Shown here: positions 51,150-64,000 of the stretch, in pieces | Layout: each line of letters opens with the position of its first letter | Numbering within the stretch: position 1 is the stretch's first letter | Assembly: GCA_951406725.2 (NCBI GenBank) | Contig: OX597827.1 | Location: 54,746,001-54,810,000, forward strand | From: Octopus vulgaris | Lineage: Eukaryota | Direction: 5' to 3' | Length of the DNA stretch: 64,000 nucleotides | Notes under the pieces: generated by a model | The model's database searches: none | The model's input: only the letters and a program-made list of their open reading frames with translations | Told to the model about the DNA's origin: nothing | Made by a program: the position numbers and the translations under genes

Positions 51150-51418
51150 CAGGGCTGGTTTTAAGCCATTCAGGCTGATTTGTTCAAATTGGGCCCTGCA
51201 TCAAGAGAGGGTCCCATGCACACACTTGAGCAGAGGATTCTATTATGAATTTTTAGTATATCATTGTGGCTAATGGTGTAAGCTCAAGCCCTCAATTCTT
51301 TTTGGCTGGGACTGGCATACTACACAAAGCATAAAACATCGATCTTCAGCTTTTGTTGAGTAGGGAACCCTACTGACAATTCTCTAATTGGGCCCTGCAC
51401 TTCTTAGCACCAAGCCTT
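51150..51418. mobile_element. hAT MITE with 8-bp TSD, nested in a CORE SINE (~50910-51572)
   Basis: TTTAGCAG|CAGGGCTGGT...ACCAAGCCTT|CTTAGCAG. Confidence 0.7.
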
Positions 51419-52209
51419 CTTAGCAGTTTGGCAACAGAGACTGATAGGATATGTATGAGGCTTAAAAAAAAACCCAGATGAGTACTAGTGTTGATTTGTT
51501 TAACTAAATGTTTCAAGGTGGTACTCCAACATAGCTGCACTCCAATGACTGAAACAAGTAAAAGATAAAAGATAGAGCATTGTCTCAGCATGATCCTTTT
51601 TCCATAAGGGAGAAGGGAAGTTATGGGAGTTAATGAAAACTAAATAACTAATGAGATTTTACCTAATTCTAATTTTTGTTTGTAAAAAAAAACAAAAACA
51701 TTCTTGAAAATAAAATCAGAATTATTTCCGTGTTTATTATAATAAAAAGAAAGGAATCAGTTGGAAAAAAACACATCATTCTTCCATCATCAAAAACAAG
51801 TGATGAAATATAAAAATACTTCAGTTTTTTTTCTGTTGTTGTTTTTTTTATTAGGTTTTGTCTGTTGTCTTCATGGTTTTCTGTTCTTTTTGGGGTTTTG
51901 TTTTGCTTTTTCTTTTGTATAGGTTGTTGAAAGGTTGTTTACATATTAGACTTAATTATTTTTAAATAGAGGTTATGCTTAAAAAAATATTCCATTTCAC
52001 CATATATAGAAGTGCCAAGATTCACATTACTTAATTGGAAGCAATTTTCAATTCTATATGAAAAGTATTCATCCATCCCTCCATCTTCATTGTCCAGTAT
52101 TGCTGAGAAGGTCGTGGGAGTAGTCCTCAAGAACCTTCTCCATAGGGTCCTATCAAAAGTAACCACCATTACACTCTCTGGATGGATTCCGAAGTATGAC
52201 CAACTGAGA

Positions 52210-52665
52210 TTACTCTTTTACTTGTTTCAGTCATTTGGCTGTGGCCATGCTGGAGCACTGCCTTTGGGCGAGAAAATCAACCCCAGGATTTATTCTTTGT
52301 AAGCCTAGTACTTATTCTATCGGTCTATAGTAGACACTTGCCGAAGGTGCCACGCAGTGAGACTGAACCCGGAACCATGTGGTTGGTAAGCAAGTTACTT
52401 ACCACACAGCCACTCCTGCGCCTCTATGTTTTTTTTTTTTACTTCTTTCAATCATTTGACTGTGGTGATGCTGGGGCATCATCTTGAAGGGCTTTAGTGA
52501 AACGAATCAGCCCCAGGACTTTTAAGTTCAGTACTTATTTTAGCAGTCTCTTTTGCTGAACTGCTTGATTACAGGGACATAAACATACCAGCACCAGTGT
52601 CAAGTAGTAGTGGGGGACAAACAACAGACAAAAAAGATACATAGACACACACACACACACATTCT

Positions 52666-52711
<46 letters not shown>

Positions 52712-52860
52712 AGCTTTCAGTTTCCACCTACAAAATCCACTCATAAGGTTTTGGTCGACCTGAGTAGAAGACACTTGCCTAAGGTGCCATGCAGTGGAAC
52801 TGAACCCAGAACTATGTGGCTGGTAAGCAAGCTTCTTAACATACAGCCATGCCTGTGCCT
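52210..52860 (-). mobile_element. Two tandem CORE-type SINEs (first internally deleted)
   Basis: Copies at ~52210-52423 and ~52438-52860. Confidence 0.8.
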
Positions 52861-53185
52861 AGCTATATGTACATTATACGAACTCTTCCAGGCTTGCGTA
52901 CTGTACGAAAAAGTGGTACCCCTCCCCCTCATCAATACACAACTACATTAATAGGCCCATAGTATTTCTGTGCCCTCGTACTGCAAAACCCACGCACCTA
53001 ATTTAAGATAGATCTTGGTCATGACATATAATCTGTTTTAGGAATCTAATATTATCAGATCTCACTCCTTTACAGGTTTCACTATAGTCAAGAGATGAAG
53101 ACAGAAAGAGAGAAAAATATATATATTGTTACACTTTGAGATGGTCATCGTTTACACTATCTATTTGATTTTCATTTTACTTTTA

Positions 53186-53232
<47 letters not shown>

Positions 53233-53842
53233 TGTTTAGTTGTCAAAATTCTTTGATCACACATTCTGTGACCTCTTCACTGAGTTTCTTTCCCATATAT
53301 CTCCTCTTGTCCTGCATGTGTTTAATTGGCAAAAGAATGACTATCCCCATGTATAGCTACTGACATGGTTTGGACAGGTCGTTGTGATCCTAGGCATCTT
53401 TAATTCAGAGTTACACCTCTCGTTCATTCAGTTCATTTTTGGCTTGGTTTCTAAGGCTGGATATCCTTCTTATTACCAACCATTTACAGAGTCTACTGAG
53501 TATATTTTAATGTAGCACTATCACTAGAGGGGTTGCCATGTCCTCAACAAGCCTAAAGAGTTCTCCCAATACTATATTGCCTCAACATATATCCAAATGG
53601 ATATGTTTCTGCAAGATATAAAATAAAATAAATAAATGCATAAAATTTGTCACACTTATTTTGCATATCCTTGAGTGTAGGACATTAATTTCTCTTCTGT
53701 CATTCTGCAATTGATATCATTTTGTTTGGTAACTGGTAATGAATTTTTAAAATTTATTTTTCGTGCCTGTGACTAACTTGTTTGTCATAGGCTTGAAATA
53801 TTTTGCACTCTCCTTAATTTTTGCTGTTGCTATTGTTACGCG

Positions 53843-53873
<31 letters not shown>

Positions 53874-53876
53874 ACG

Positions 53877-53913
<37 letters not shown>

Positions 53914-54009
53914 TTTCTATTAGACAGCAGAAGGTCTTCAGAGATGCACCAGCCCACCCCCATTTATACAAGTATTTTGGCCCTTAATTTCTTATACTCT
54001 AAGTAAGCT

Positions 54010-54420
54010 GAGTCACATCCAGATCATTACTCCTGGATCCCTTCTGCCATCATATTTTGTGCCTCGATTCAGGTTTGAACCTGTACTCTACATCACCTTG
54101 GCTGTCGTAACCACTTCCCTATGAGAGATTAGCTGTACACAAGATGAGTTATGCATTCTGAAATTTACTTTCATTTTTCCTTGACTATATCCCATAGAAA
54201 CTCTTTTTCTAGCTGCTTCTCCAATTGCCTTTAGGACTCTGGCCTTCTTCTTGCCGGATATTGAGAATAGTTTCATGGCATCATAGACAGACTTGCTTAC
54301 AAAGCTCCTTGTCCCCACTTTTCAGGTGAGATCCTTGGTGTGACAGCTAGATTCCGTCAAGTGTTGACTGGAGCTTCATTCTATTTTGCCTCTGTTGACC
54401 CTGTGCTCACTTGTTAACCA
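54010..54420 (-). mobile_element. HERO/R2-group non-LTR retrotransposon 3' remnant
   Basis: VGTRSFVSKSVYDAMKLFSISGKKKARVLKAIGEAA resembles EVG.RGFV..S....LG..G..R..A....EAAE of REL-endonuclease elements. Confidence 0.5.
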
Positions 54421-54499
54421 CCTAACTGTAGTGTGCTAGGTGTGTGTGTGTGTGTGTGTGTGTGTATACACACACATATTCATGTTTATACTTATATAT

Positions 54500-54817
54500 A
54501 TACATGCATGCATATACAGCTCTGTGTGTGCGCACATACACGCGAGTACTGCCCAAATCTCTGACCAATCACATACAGCTAGCTGGCATTCAATTGGCGT
54601 ATCAAGTTTCAGGCATTTTGACTGGGTTTTGGATAGAAAATTCACAAAAAAAGTCACTTTTATTGATTTTTTAATGGCTTTGCTGGGTAACTGGGGAAAT
54701 GTAAAGATGTGTATGACCATCCTTGGACGGTTTTGAATGACCATAGAAAGTGTGAGCCCTCTAACTGAAAAATTGTGGATTTGTATAAAGGACACACGCA
54801 CAGACATTTTGCTGTTT

Positions 54818-54830
<13 letters not shown>
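54500..54830 (-). mobile_element. Non-autonomous Helitron-like 5' portion
   Basis: Minus strand starts (TA)n-TATAAACAGCAAAATGTCTGTGCGTGTGTCC, like the other Helitron heads; 3' CTAG not seen. Confidence 0.45.
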
Positions 54831-54860
<30 letters not shown>

Positions 54861-55275
54861 CATATATACATATAAAATGTATACAGATAGATGTTATGTA
54901 GTTGCTGGTTCCGATCAGTCAGAAAGTTACCATTGGTTTAACATCTGTTATTGTTCTTAGCAATATAGGCGACTCACCAGACTTCCTGGCCTAGAACAAC
55001 TGATCAATATGTATATATATGACTGGCTTCGACGTACTTTGTAGCTACCAAATTCTCCTCATGAGATATTGGTCAACTCGAGACTGTGGTAGAAGACATT
55101 TGCCTTACATATCACACAATAAAATCAAACTGAAAGTAATATTACTGCAAAATGAAATGCTTAATGATACAGCTATGCCTGCATTTATTTAAGTATTTTA
55201 TGCTTCTAATATTTACTTTGATTTTTCTCACTGCCAGCACATTCAAAACTAATTGCCAGTGGTATACTATGACTA

Positions 55276-55358
55276 ATTATATTTATATCAAATTAATTGC
55301 AATTTATATTTATATCAAATTAATTGCAATTTATATTTATATCAAATTAACTGCAATT
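55276..55358. repeat. 27-bp minisatellite x3
   Basis: ATTTATATCAAATTAATTGCAATTTAT repeated. Confidence 0.9.
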
Positions 55359-58032
55359 AAATATCTTATATATTATATTCATTTCCCAAATAGTCTTCAA
55401 GACTGAGGGAGCATCTATATCAAGCACAGACCTTTTTGAAGATGTGGGTCACATGAGACATGGTTCATCATCAAGTGGGATGCACTGCTAGAATTTCAAG
55501 TAATTTTTCATTTAGGTGTGCCTTTCAGAAAGTCCATTTTTACATGGTGCCAGCACCAGTGATGTCATCAAATACCCCCAAGATAAGACTACCTCAACTG
55601 AGCAGAGTATAGACTGGAGGGATAAGAAACTATGATAGTATATAGGCAAATCAAAAATGAAAAACAAAAATAAAAGCAAAAGCAACAAAAGTCAAAAGGA
55701 CATACACAATAAGTGTATTAGGACACTCAGTTTAACACTTTAGCACTTCTACTGACCATATCCAGCCAAAATATTCTGCTTGCTTTATGTCCCTCATAAC
55801 TTAGCAGTTTGGCAACAAGTGACTGATAGAATATGTATAAGGTTTTTAAAAATGTAAATATAAATACCGGAGTCAAGTTGTTCAACCAAAACACTTCAAG
55901 GTGGTGCCCCAGCATTGCCACTGTCTGATGACTGAAACAAGTAAAAGATAACAAATAAGAGCTTTCCAAGACCTTCTGCCTCCTAAAAAGAAATTCTCTA
56001 ACTAAATGCTATATCTCTTTATCCGTAATTACTTAAGTGCTGTTCAAATTTGTGTTGTGTAGTTTAGGATTAGGTAGGATCAACACTATGATTTATCCTT
56101 GGTAATCTTAATATAGAATCTAAGTTTACTTACATTATTAATTATTTGTTGAAAACATTAAACTGTTTTATCGCAGCACTTCACAAACATAATTATGAAT
56201 TAGATCATCTAAAATCACAAACAGCTCTAAATACTTTATTGAATCAATAATCATTCTTACCAACTAAAGCAGAAAATCACTTCTATCAATAAACTTTTAT
56301 ACAAATACTGTACCAAAATGACACACTTAATGGTTTTAAAATTTTACATAAATTTTTTTTTTCTTAATTATAAGTACTAAGTTGTAAGTTATAGATCAGA
56401 ACAAGAAACCTGTTTAGATTGATTTATAAACATCATTATAAGTGTACCATTCATTTTAGCTACTGTCAAGGATGTAGGCAGAACATTAGACATGCATATT
56501 GCATTCAGTTTTCTTTGTTTTTGCTATATCTAGATTTTGAAATATAATTCTATGAGTATAAACTCAGATGCTTGATATATTTATATAATGTAGAACACAG
56601 TCATAGCTGAATGGGTAAGAAGTTTGCTTCACAACCACAAGGTCCTGGGTTCAATCCCACTGCACGGCATCTTGGGCAAATATTTTTTTACAGCAGCTTT
56701 GGATTAGCATAAGCTTTGGAAGTGTAATCAGGTAAATGGAAACTGTTTGGAAGCCCAATAAATGGATTATACCTGTATTTCAAAAGTCCAGTCTTGTAAC
56801 ATTCAGTATCATGCTGACTTTACTGAGAATTACATTAAGAGTCTAAATGCGTACCTGTATGTGGAATACTCAGAGGTTACAAGGACGTAAACACACCAAC
56901 ACTAGTTGTCAAGTGGTGGTGGGGAACAAACAAAGATACGCACACATCCACACACACACACACACACACATATATATAATCTGAAATGTATAGTATTGAA
57001 TATCCATAACAGCTGATCTTACCGATTAGTTTCGTACAAAGAATACAATAAAGTCAACCTCGGCTGAATTTGAACTCAGAACGTAACGGCATTTCGCTCA
57101 TTGTGCTAACGATTCTGCCAGTTCACTGCCCTGTGTCCCCTACAATATTGATGTTATTTTAGGGGACTGTCTTGTAAGTTTGTTATGTACACAACCACAA
57201 GTTATTTCAAATTTGTATATGACTGACAGGTTTCTATTTAGTTTTGGTAAATTGCTTTTATTCACTCTGGATAATTATCAGGACCATAGCATTTGCTCTA
57301 AAATCTAAATATGTTTTTTTTTTTCTTGCGAAATAGTACACAATAATCAATGAAACAAATCCATGATTATAAATCTGGCCAGCTTTATAGATTTGTTATG
57401 TTATAGATATGTGTCTGGCAAAGAGAAAAAAATGGTTTCAGTAACAACTGTGAAAATGATGAATTATTTAAATAGAAAAATATGATACTTCAAGCCATGA
57501 TAATTTACCACATGACAGTATTTCATTGGAAACTATAAGATTTCTGCTTCATAGTAACTATATAGTCAAAGTGGTAGACCAGAATTTTTGCATTCAGAAA
57601 ATTTTTGTTCACCATTAAATTTTGCAAAAGAAAGTGGGTAAAAATCACTTTTTTTTAAAAATCATATTTTTAAAGTCCATATGTTATAATTGGTTTTGAA
57701 AATAATCAAGAATTTTGAATTTAATAAAGTAACTAACTTCTTTATTTTTATTCAGCTCTTTGGAACATAATGAAAAAGGTTTCTTGCATCAAATTATGTG
57801 GACAAGTTTTAATTTGAATATGAGCACTTTAAAATGAAAGGATTTTATATCTTAAAAATGAAAGATGAGTCTCAGACAATTTGGTAATAAAAAGATTTAA
57901 GGATATTTTTTACATTGAGACTTCCAGAATTATAAGACAATCTTGACTTAAGCAAGATTCAAATTCAGTAATAAGATGTTGTCATTTCTACTTTACCTGC
58001 CTCTCTCTAGCTGTATATTAAAACATGTATAT

Positions 58033-58266
58033 CTATTTCTTTACTGCCCACAAGGGACTACACACAGAAGGGACAAACAAGGATAGACAAACGGATTAAG
58101 TCAATTATATCAACCCCAGTGTGTAACTGGTACTTAATTTATCGACCCCGAAAGGATGAAAGGCAAAGTTGACCTTGGCGGAATTTGAACTCAGAACGCA
58201 ACGGCAGAAGAAATACCGCTAAGTATTTCGTCCGGCGTGCTAATGTTTCTGCCAGCTCGCCACCTT
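58033..58266 (-). mobile_element. Deu/Nin-like SINE, full length
   Basis: Family match to 49852-50093. Confidence 0.85.
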
Positions 58267-58273
58267 ATATATA

Positions 58274-58677
58274 TCATCATCATCATCATCATTTATTAAT
58301 GTCCATTTTCCATGGATTGGACAGTTTTAGCAGAGCTAGCAAGCAGGAGAGCTACACCAGTTCCAGTCTTATTTGGCTTGGTTTCTATAACTGGATGCCC
58401 TTCCTAACACCAGCCACTTAACTGTGTGTAGGGGGGTACTTTTAACATGGCACCAGCATGAGCACTTTCACATGGCACTGGTACAAGTGCTTTTTACAAG
58501 GCACTGGAACAGGGTTCTTGCAGCCCAATCCTCTTCATCAGGGTGAGCTGCATTAACACTTCTGCTGTGGAATACTGATCTTCTTGAGTACAAGTTGCCA
58601 GATATCTTGGTCCTTTGTCATTTCCTCTGTAAGGTTCAATGGCCTGAAGTTGTCCTCCAGTACTTCGGTACTTTGTC

Positions 58678-58680
<3 letters not shown>
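58274..58680 (-). mobile_element. RTE 3' end joined to a Meta-like tail
   Basis: EEMTKDQDIWQLVLKK followed by the same UTR and TGCCATG repeats as 4830-5172. Confidence 0.6.
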
Positions 58681-58738
<58 letters not shown>

Positions 58739-61161
58739 TGTATATATATATATACATACATGTTTATATATCTCAATCATCATCATCATCGTTTTAACAT
58801 CTATGCTTGCATGAATCAGATGGAGTTTATTGAGGAAGATTTTCCATGGCCAGATGTTCTTCCTGACACCAAGCCTTAACCGTTTCCAAGCAAGGTTATA
58901 TTTCCCCATTGCTAGACACGTTTTCACAGAATATTTGAACTCAATGACATTCGTTAGTGCTATTTCTAGCAGAATGAGCAACTAGACACAGGCTTCTTTG
59001 TATAGCTGGAAAGAAGAAAGAATAGCTGGTTGAATGTATAACTATGTAAGGTGCATAATAGAACGGTAAAATGTACACACATACACACTCACATTTACAT
59101 GTATATCGTAGGACACATACACCCAAACATAAGCATATACAGATATATATGTGTGTGTATGTGTGTGTAACAATTCTTTAGTCTTTAGTTTGTTTCGTCC
59201 AAACTAATCAAAAGAATATTTGGTTGGTAATCAAGTGTTAACGTGTTATGTCAAGTATTATACAAATAAATATTTCACAAATAATAATAGAGATTAAAAA
59301 GCTCTGAGGTCTTGTTGCCTTTTATTATAAACATTTTTCTGTCTGTTTCAGTACAGTACCAGAAGTTCTGGTTGTTTTTCATAAAGCCTACTTGGAAAGT
59401 TTTAATTGAATCCTCTGACAGTATTTTCTGTTGTATTGCTAAATTATTTGTTCGACAATAGTCACAGAATTCCATCAGTAGTGATATCTGGAATAACCAG
59501 AGGCGTTTATTTAATATATTTTTACTAATACGTTTCATTTTTGCACTCTTTCTATCTGTTTCAACATTATCTGTGCAAATTGTAAATATAGTAGCTCCCT
59601 TGAGGCAGTTAGTTAGTGAGTTCAGATGAGGTAAGTGCAACATACTCAGTACAATAACCATATCTTCCTCAATAAACTCCGTACTTTATTATAAAATCAG
59701 GATCATGAGATCTATGAGATCTAAATATTAAGACTGAATCCCAATAATGAAGACAGTTGGATGGCATGGAATATTTAGGATGTTAACATTATAGTTTTCT
59801 CCAGAGGGTTCAATTTGCTATATATTATATAATAGATGCTGTCAATCAGATCTGAGTGGATCTTCTAAATAGCAATGGCAATGACTATTATGAAATACTG
59901 ACATTTTAATTTTGATGTTGATTTTATTAAACCTTGCATCAATTTTATAATACTCATTAACCATATTTCAAGATCTGTCCTATGCCAGAGGAAATAACAT
60001 TTCTTGAAATTGAAGCTAACAAATGAGCCAGGTCTCTGCATAGTTGTTTTGACTGCTAGAAATAGCAGCAAAAATCAGTCTTTAAAAAAATGACACATCA
60101 GATAGTGTGATAGATATAAGACAGATAATCATGGTTGTAATGCCTAAGATTTACAAACACCATTTTTAAAAAATATATATTCACATTTGAATAGACAATT
60201 GGAGTTTGGCTAGTTCTCCAGCTGACCAGTTCCTGTCAAACCATCCAACCTATGGAAAACAGATGTTAACCTTTTAGCATTTAAACCAGCCATATCTAGC
60301 CCAAATACTCTTACATGTTTTATGTAACTGACCAAATTCAGCCTCTCACACCAACCATATAATGTCATTCTAAAAATATACTATCAGATCATTGAGATCT
60401 AGAAGCAGTGAATAAATAAGCATTATGCTTAACAGAATAATCAGAGTGCTATAGGTTTAAACAATGATGATGGTTTGAAAGTGTTTTGTTTTTGTTTCTG
60501 CTTAGCTCTAAGTCATCCCTGATCAGGCAGGCCTATAATCCTGCCTGACCACTCCATTCCAGCCTTGACCACTCCATCTTTTTAGTTGTATTTAGAATTA
60601 CATTATCCAATCTAGTCTCTCCTCTTTCAAGACAGCAGAGTGTGGTTTGAGAGAAATCTCACTTTTCTTTCTATAAGTTGATTGATCTCATAGATGTCCC
60701 TTATCGTTGCTACTACTAAAATAAAAATTATATGAATCATTGCAAACATTTAAAATACTGTTTTTTTTTTTTAAATTAGAGTATCAGAAATTGATTTAAT
60801 TTTAAAGAGAAACAGCACATTCCTGTAATAATGCAATTGAATATTTTATTTTGAAAATAAAAATGATTTAATTATGGTTCATATTAAATTTTTTTTTTAA
60901 ATGGTGTTTTAGATTTGTTTTTTACTTATGTATTGTTTATTTTTATATGCTACTGATTATCAAAATATATATAGAATCAAATGAAGAGGATAGAACCACA
61001 CATTTGTTGGAAAGAAATTATTATATGCTACTTAATAATGAGTTTCTTATACTAAAGCCAGTATTTTTATACAGGAAGACACTTGGCTGACTGAATTAAC
61101 CCTTATATATTACTAGTATGTATTTCAGTGCTTAAGGTTGTGTATTGGCAGAACCGATAGA

Positions 61162-61590
61162 GCAGTGTTTCCCAACCTATTTCCCCTAGGCTCCACTATA
61201 ACTTTCCCAAAAAATGTATGCCCACCAGTGGTTGGAAAAAAACAACAACTCTATCTTTGATATTTTATCATAATTATTTAATACAAAAGAATCAACCAGT
61301 AACTCTTTTATTAAATGCTGAGTTTCGACATTTCATAATTATATACTTTCTTTAAAGTAATACCAACACTAGGGCATTAGAATTGTGTTATACTGTAGCA
61401 AAGTCTTCACACAGTATTCTTGGCTGGATGGATTGGTTTGGCTAGGCTGAATATAAGTGTAGTATGTTTGCTGTGAAAAACAGATTTTCACAATTTCATG
61501 TCCCTCTAAGGGGGGAAAAAATTAGGGATCACCACAATTTTCCCTGGCCCCACTGGTGGAGCATGTGCCCCACATTGGGAATTGTTGTAT
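61162..61590. mobile_element. hAT-like MITE
   Basis: CAGTGTTTCCCAACCT ... CACATTGGGAATTGTTG imperfect TIRs. Confidence 0.5.
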
Positions 61591-62720
61591 CAGAGTATCA
61601 GATAAAATGGCTTTCAACATTTAGTTAAATCCTGCCATTCTTTCATTCTTCAGAGGTCAATAAAATAAATGCCATTCGAGTATTGAAGTTGCTATAACTG
61701 ACTGCTTTAGCCTTCCTTCCTCAGAAATCAATAGGGCCGAATGCCAGGTGATGAGTACCTCAAATCACAGAAAGGGCAAACAATTGACTCTATTTATCCT
61801 CACTGGTGCGTGAATAAATAAATATCAATAGTAATAATTAGTGCTTACATTATGGAACTGCACTGGTTTTAAAATCAAAGAATGGCTTTGGCTCAGAATA
61901 CTAATCGGTGTCTTTAAATCATTGATGTGTGTAGAACCAGACAGAGTATTTTAAGAATCTCATTTTCTGCTGTAAAAACATTAAATTCCGCTAATTAATG
62001 TGACTTTCCATTAATTTCTCTCTATTTGGATGTTTTACAAGTTAGTGGAACCATGTGTCAAGTGCACCAAAATTTATCGCTGTTTTCAAAGAGCAGATCA
62101 AATTATTTTCCTACATTCCAAACAGATTTGTATTTTGTATATGGCTGCGCAAAATACTTTGTTTTCAGTTGTCTTGATTAAATAATATCATTAATAATGT
62201 TGCTGCTAGCAAAAGTAATAACAACTAATAATAATGATTTCAAATTTTGACACAAGGCCAGGAATTTCAAGGGAGGAGATAAATCAATCACATTGATCCC
62301 AGTGTTCAACTGGTAACAATTCTGACAGCTTGCCACCTTACAACAATTTATTATAATAATATTAATTCTTTATACTGGAAGCACAGGGCCTCAAATTTGG
62401 AGAAGGGATTAAGTCAATTACATCAACCCCAGTGGTTAACTGGTACTTATTTAATCGACCCTGAAATGATGAAAGGCAAAGCTGACCTTGGCAGAATTTG
62501 AACTCAGAGCATAGCAGCAGATGAAATACCACTAAGCATTTTGCCCAGCATGCTAACAGTTCTGCCATTGCACTGCCTTAATAATGATAATAATAATGGT
62601 TTCAAATTTTGGTACAAGGACATCAAGTTTTGGGGGTAGGGGATAAATTAATTACATCAATCACAATGTTCAACTGGAACTTATTTCATTGACCCCAAAA
62701 TAATAATAATTAATGAAAAA

Positions 62721-63013
62721 ACATTTGAGCAAGGTCGTTGCCAGTACCGCTGGACTGGCTCTTGTGAAGGTGGCACATAAAAAATACCATTTGAGCGTGG
62801 CGGTTGCCAGTACCGCCTGACTGGCCTCCGTGCCGGTGGCACGTAAAAGCACCCTCTACACTCTCGGAGTGGTTGGCATTAGGAAGGGCATCAAGCTGTA
62901 GAAACTCTGCCTGATCAGATTGGAGTCTAGTGCAGCCATCTGGTGCGCCAGTCAAATCATCCAACCCATGGTAACATGGAAAGCAGGCGTTAAACAATGA
63001 TGATAATGATGAT
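62721..63013 (+). mobile_element. Meta-domain-like SINE 3' part
   Basis: Duplicated CATTTGAGC..GTTGCCAGTACCGC units, GGTTGGCATTAGGAAGGGCATC, (GAT)n tail. Confidence 0.75.
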
Positions 63014-63028
63014 AATATAATAATGATG

Positions 63029-63074
<46 letters not shown>

Positions 63075-64000
63075 TTGATTTCAAATTTTGATACAAGGCC
63101 AGCAATTTCAGGGAGAGGATAAGTTGATAACAATGAGCCCAGTACTCAACCAGTTCTTATTTTATCAATCTTGAAATGATGAAATGCAGAGCATAAAGAA
63201 AGATGAAATGCGGCTAAACACTTTGCCCTTCATGCTAACAATTCTGCCTGCTCTCCACCTTAAATAAAATTAATAATAACCATAATAATAATAATAATAA
63301 TCCTTTTTGTTATATGCACAAGGCCTAAAATTTTAGGAGAAGTGGACCAGCTGGTTACATTGACCCCATTATATAATTAAAAGACATCTAACACAACTTT
63401 TTCTGTCAATTTCTAATACAAGCTGAATTCTAGAAATTTTGCAGGCAGAACAGTTCATCATGTCAACTCCAACATCTGACAGACACTTTTATTCTATTGG
63501 CCTTGGTGGGGTTTGAAGCAACATAATTAGATACTGTGATTCATTTTGTCCCAAGCTCTAACAATTCTGTGATCCACTACTCTTTTAAAATAGCACTTTC
63601 TAAATCTAGTACAAGGCCAGCAATTTTGAAGGGAGCAGGATACACAGTTATGATGACAAGCATTCCATTTAATTTCATCAGTGGAATAGCCTGCTCATGA
63701 AATTAATGAACAAGTGGCTGGACATTCCACAGACACATATCCTTCTTGTAGTTCTTAGGAAGATCCAACATGACACAGAATCTTTTCTACTCTATGCACA
63801 AGGTCTGAAATTTTGGGGAGGGGGCTAGTCGATGAGATCAACTCCAGTACACAACTGGTACTTAATTTATCGACCCTGAAAGGATGAAAGGCAAAGTTGA
63901 CCTTGGTGGAATTTGAACTCAGAACATATAGACAGGCGAAATACCACTAAGCGTTTTGCCCAGCATGCTAACAATTCTGCCAGTTCACTGCCTTCAGCAT

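Noticed and set aside
54308-54331. Second AG|GTGAG recursive-site-like motif (weaker ones at ~11688 and ~46324)
   Set aside because: It lies within an antisense retrotransposon remnant, and the others have poor donors or tracts; chance is likely.
57019-57038. GTAC-GAAA-C..GTA half hammerhead on the minus strand
   Set aside because: The 5' half with CUGANGA is absent.
59275-59830. 128-aa minus-strand ORF and faint RT/TERT-like motifs
   Set aside because: No diagnostic motif could be aligned convincingly; probably a decayed retroelement, left uncalled.
918-63105. Most ORFs in the supplied six-frame track
   Set aside because: They are read-throughs of SINEs and microsatellites (HTHT, YIYI, CVCV, poly-I/L) with no protein-family signal.

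Overview
AT-rich eukaryotic DNA that is almost entirely non-coding and repeat-derived. The SINE and MITE families match, from my recollection, those of Octopus (coleoid cephalopod); this is inference, not a database hit. I found no convincing multi-exon host gene, so the window is probably a very long intron or intergenic. Contents: dozens of tRNA-derived SINEs (CORE-, Deu/Nin-, Meta- and V-like central domains), TTAA/piggyBac-like, hAT and mariner MITEs, non-autonomous Helitrons including a head-to-tail pair, a foldback-like element, decayed Gypsy, RTE, CR1, R4/Dong, HERO and Penelope remnants, and a small decayed fragment of dynein-2 heavy chain. The most notable signal is a set of minimal type I hammerhead ribozyme (HHR) motifs in different contexts: a 360-bp tandem retrozyme-like repeat (6.7-7.3 kb), an intact HHR with a long stem II (15.1 kb), a U3-A8 covariant HHR at the tip of a long hairpin (35.6 kb), and a tRNA-headed element with a decayed HHR tail (45.3 kb). 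There is also a consensus recursive-splice (AG|GTAAGT) motif at 9523/9524. Repeat boundaries were estimated by eye and are approximate unless a TSD or terminus is quoted.
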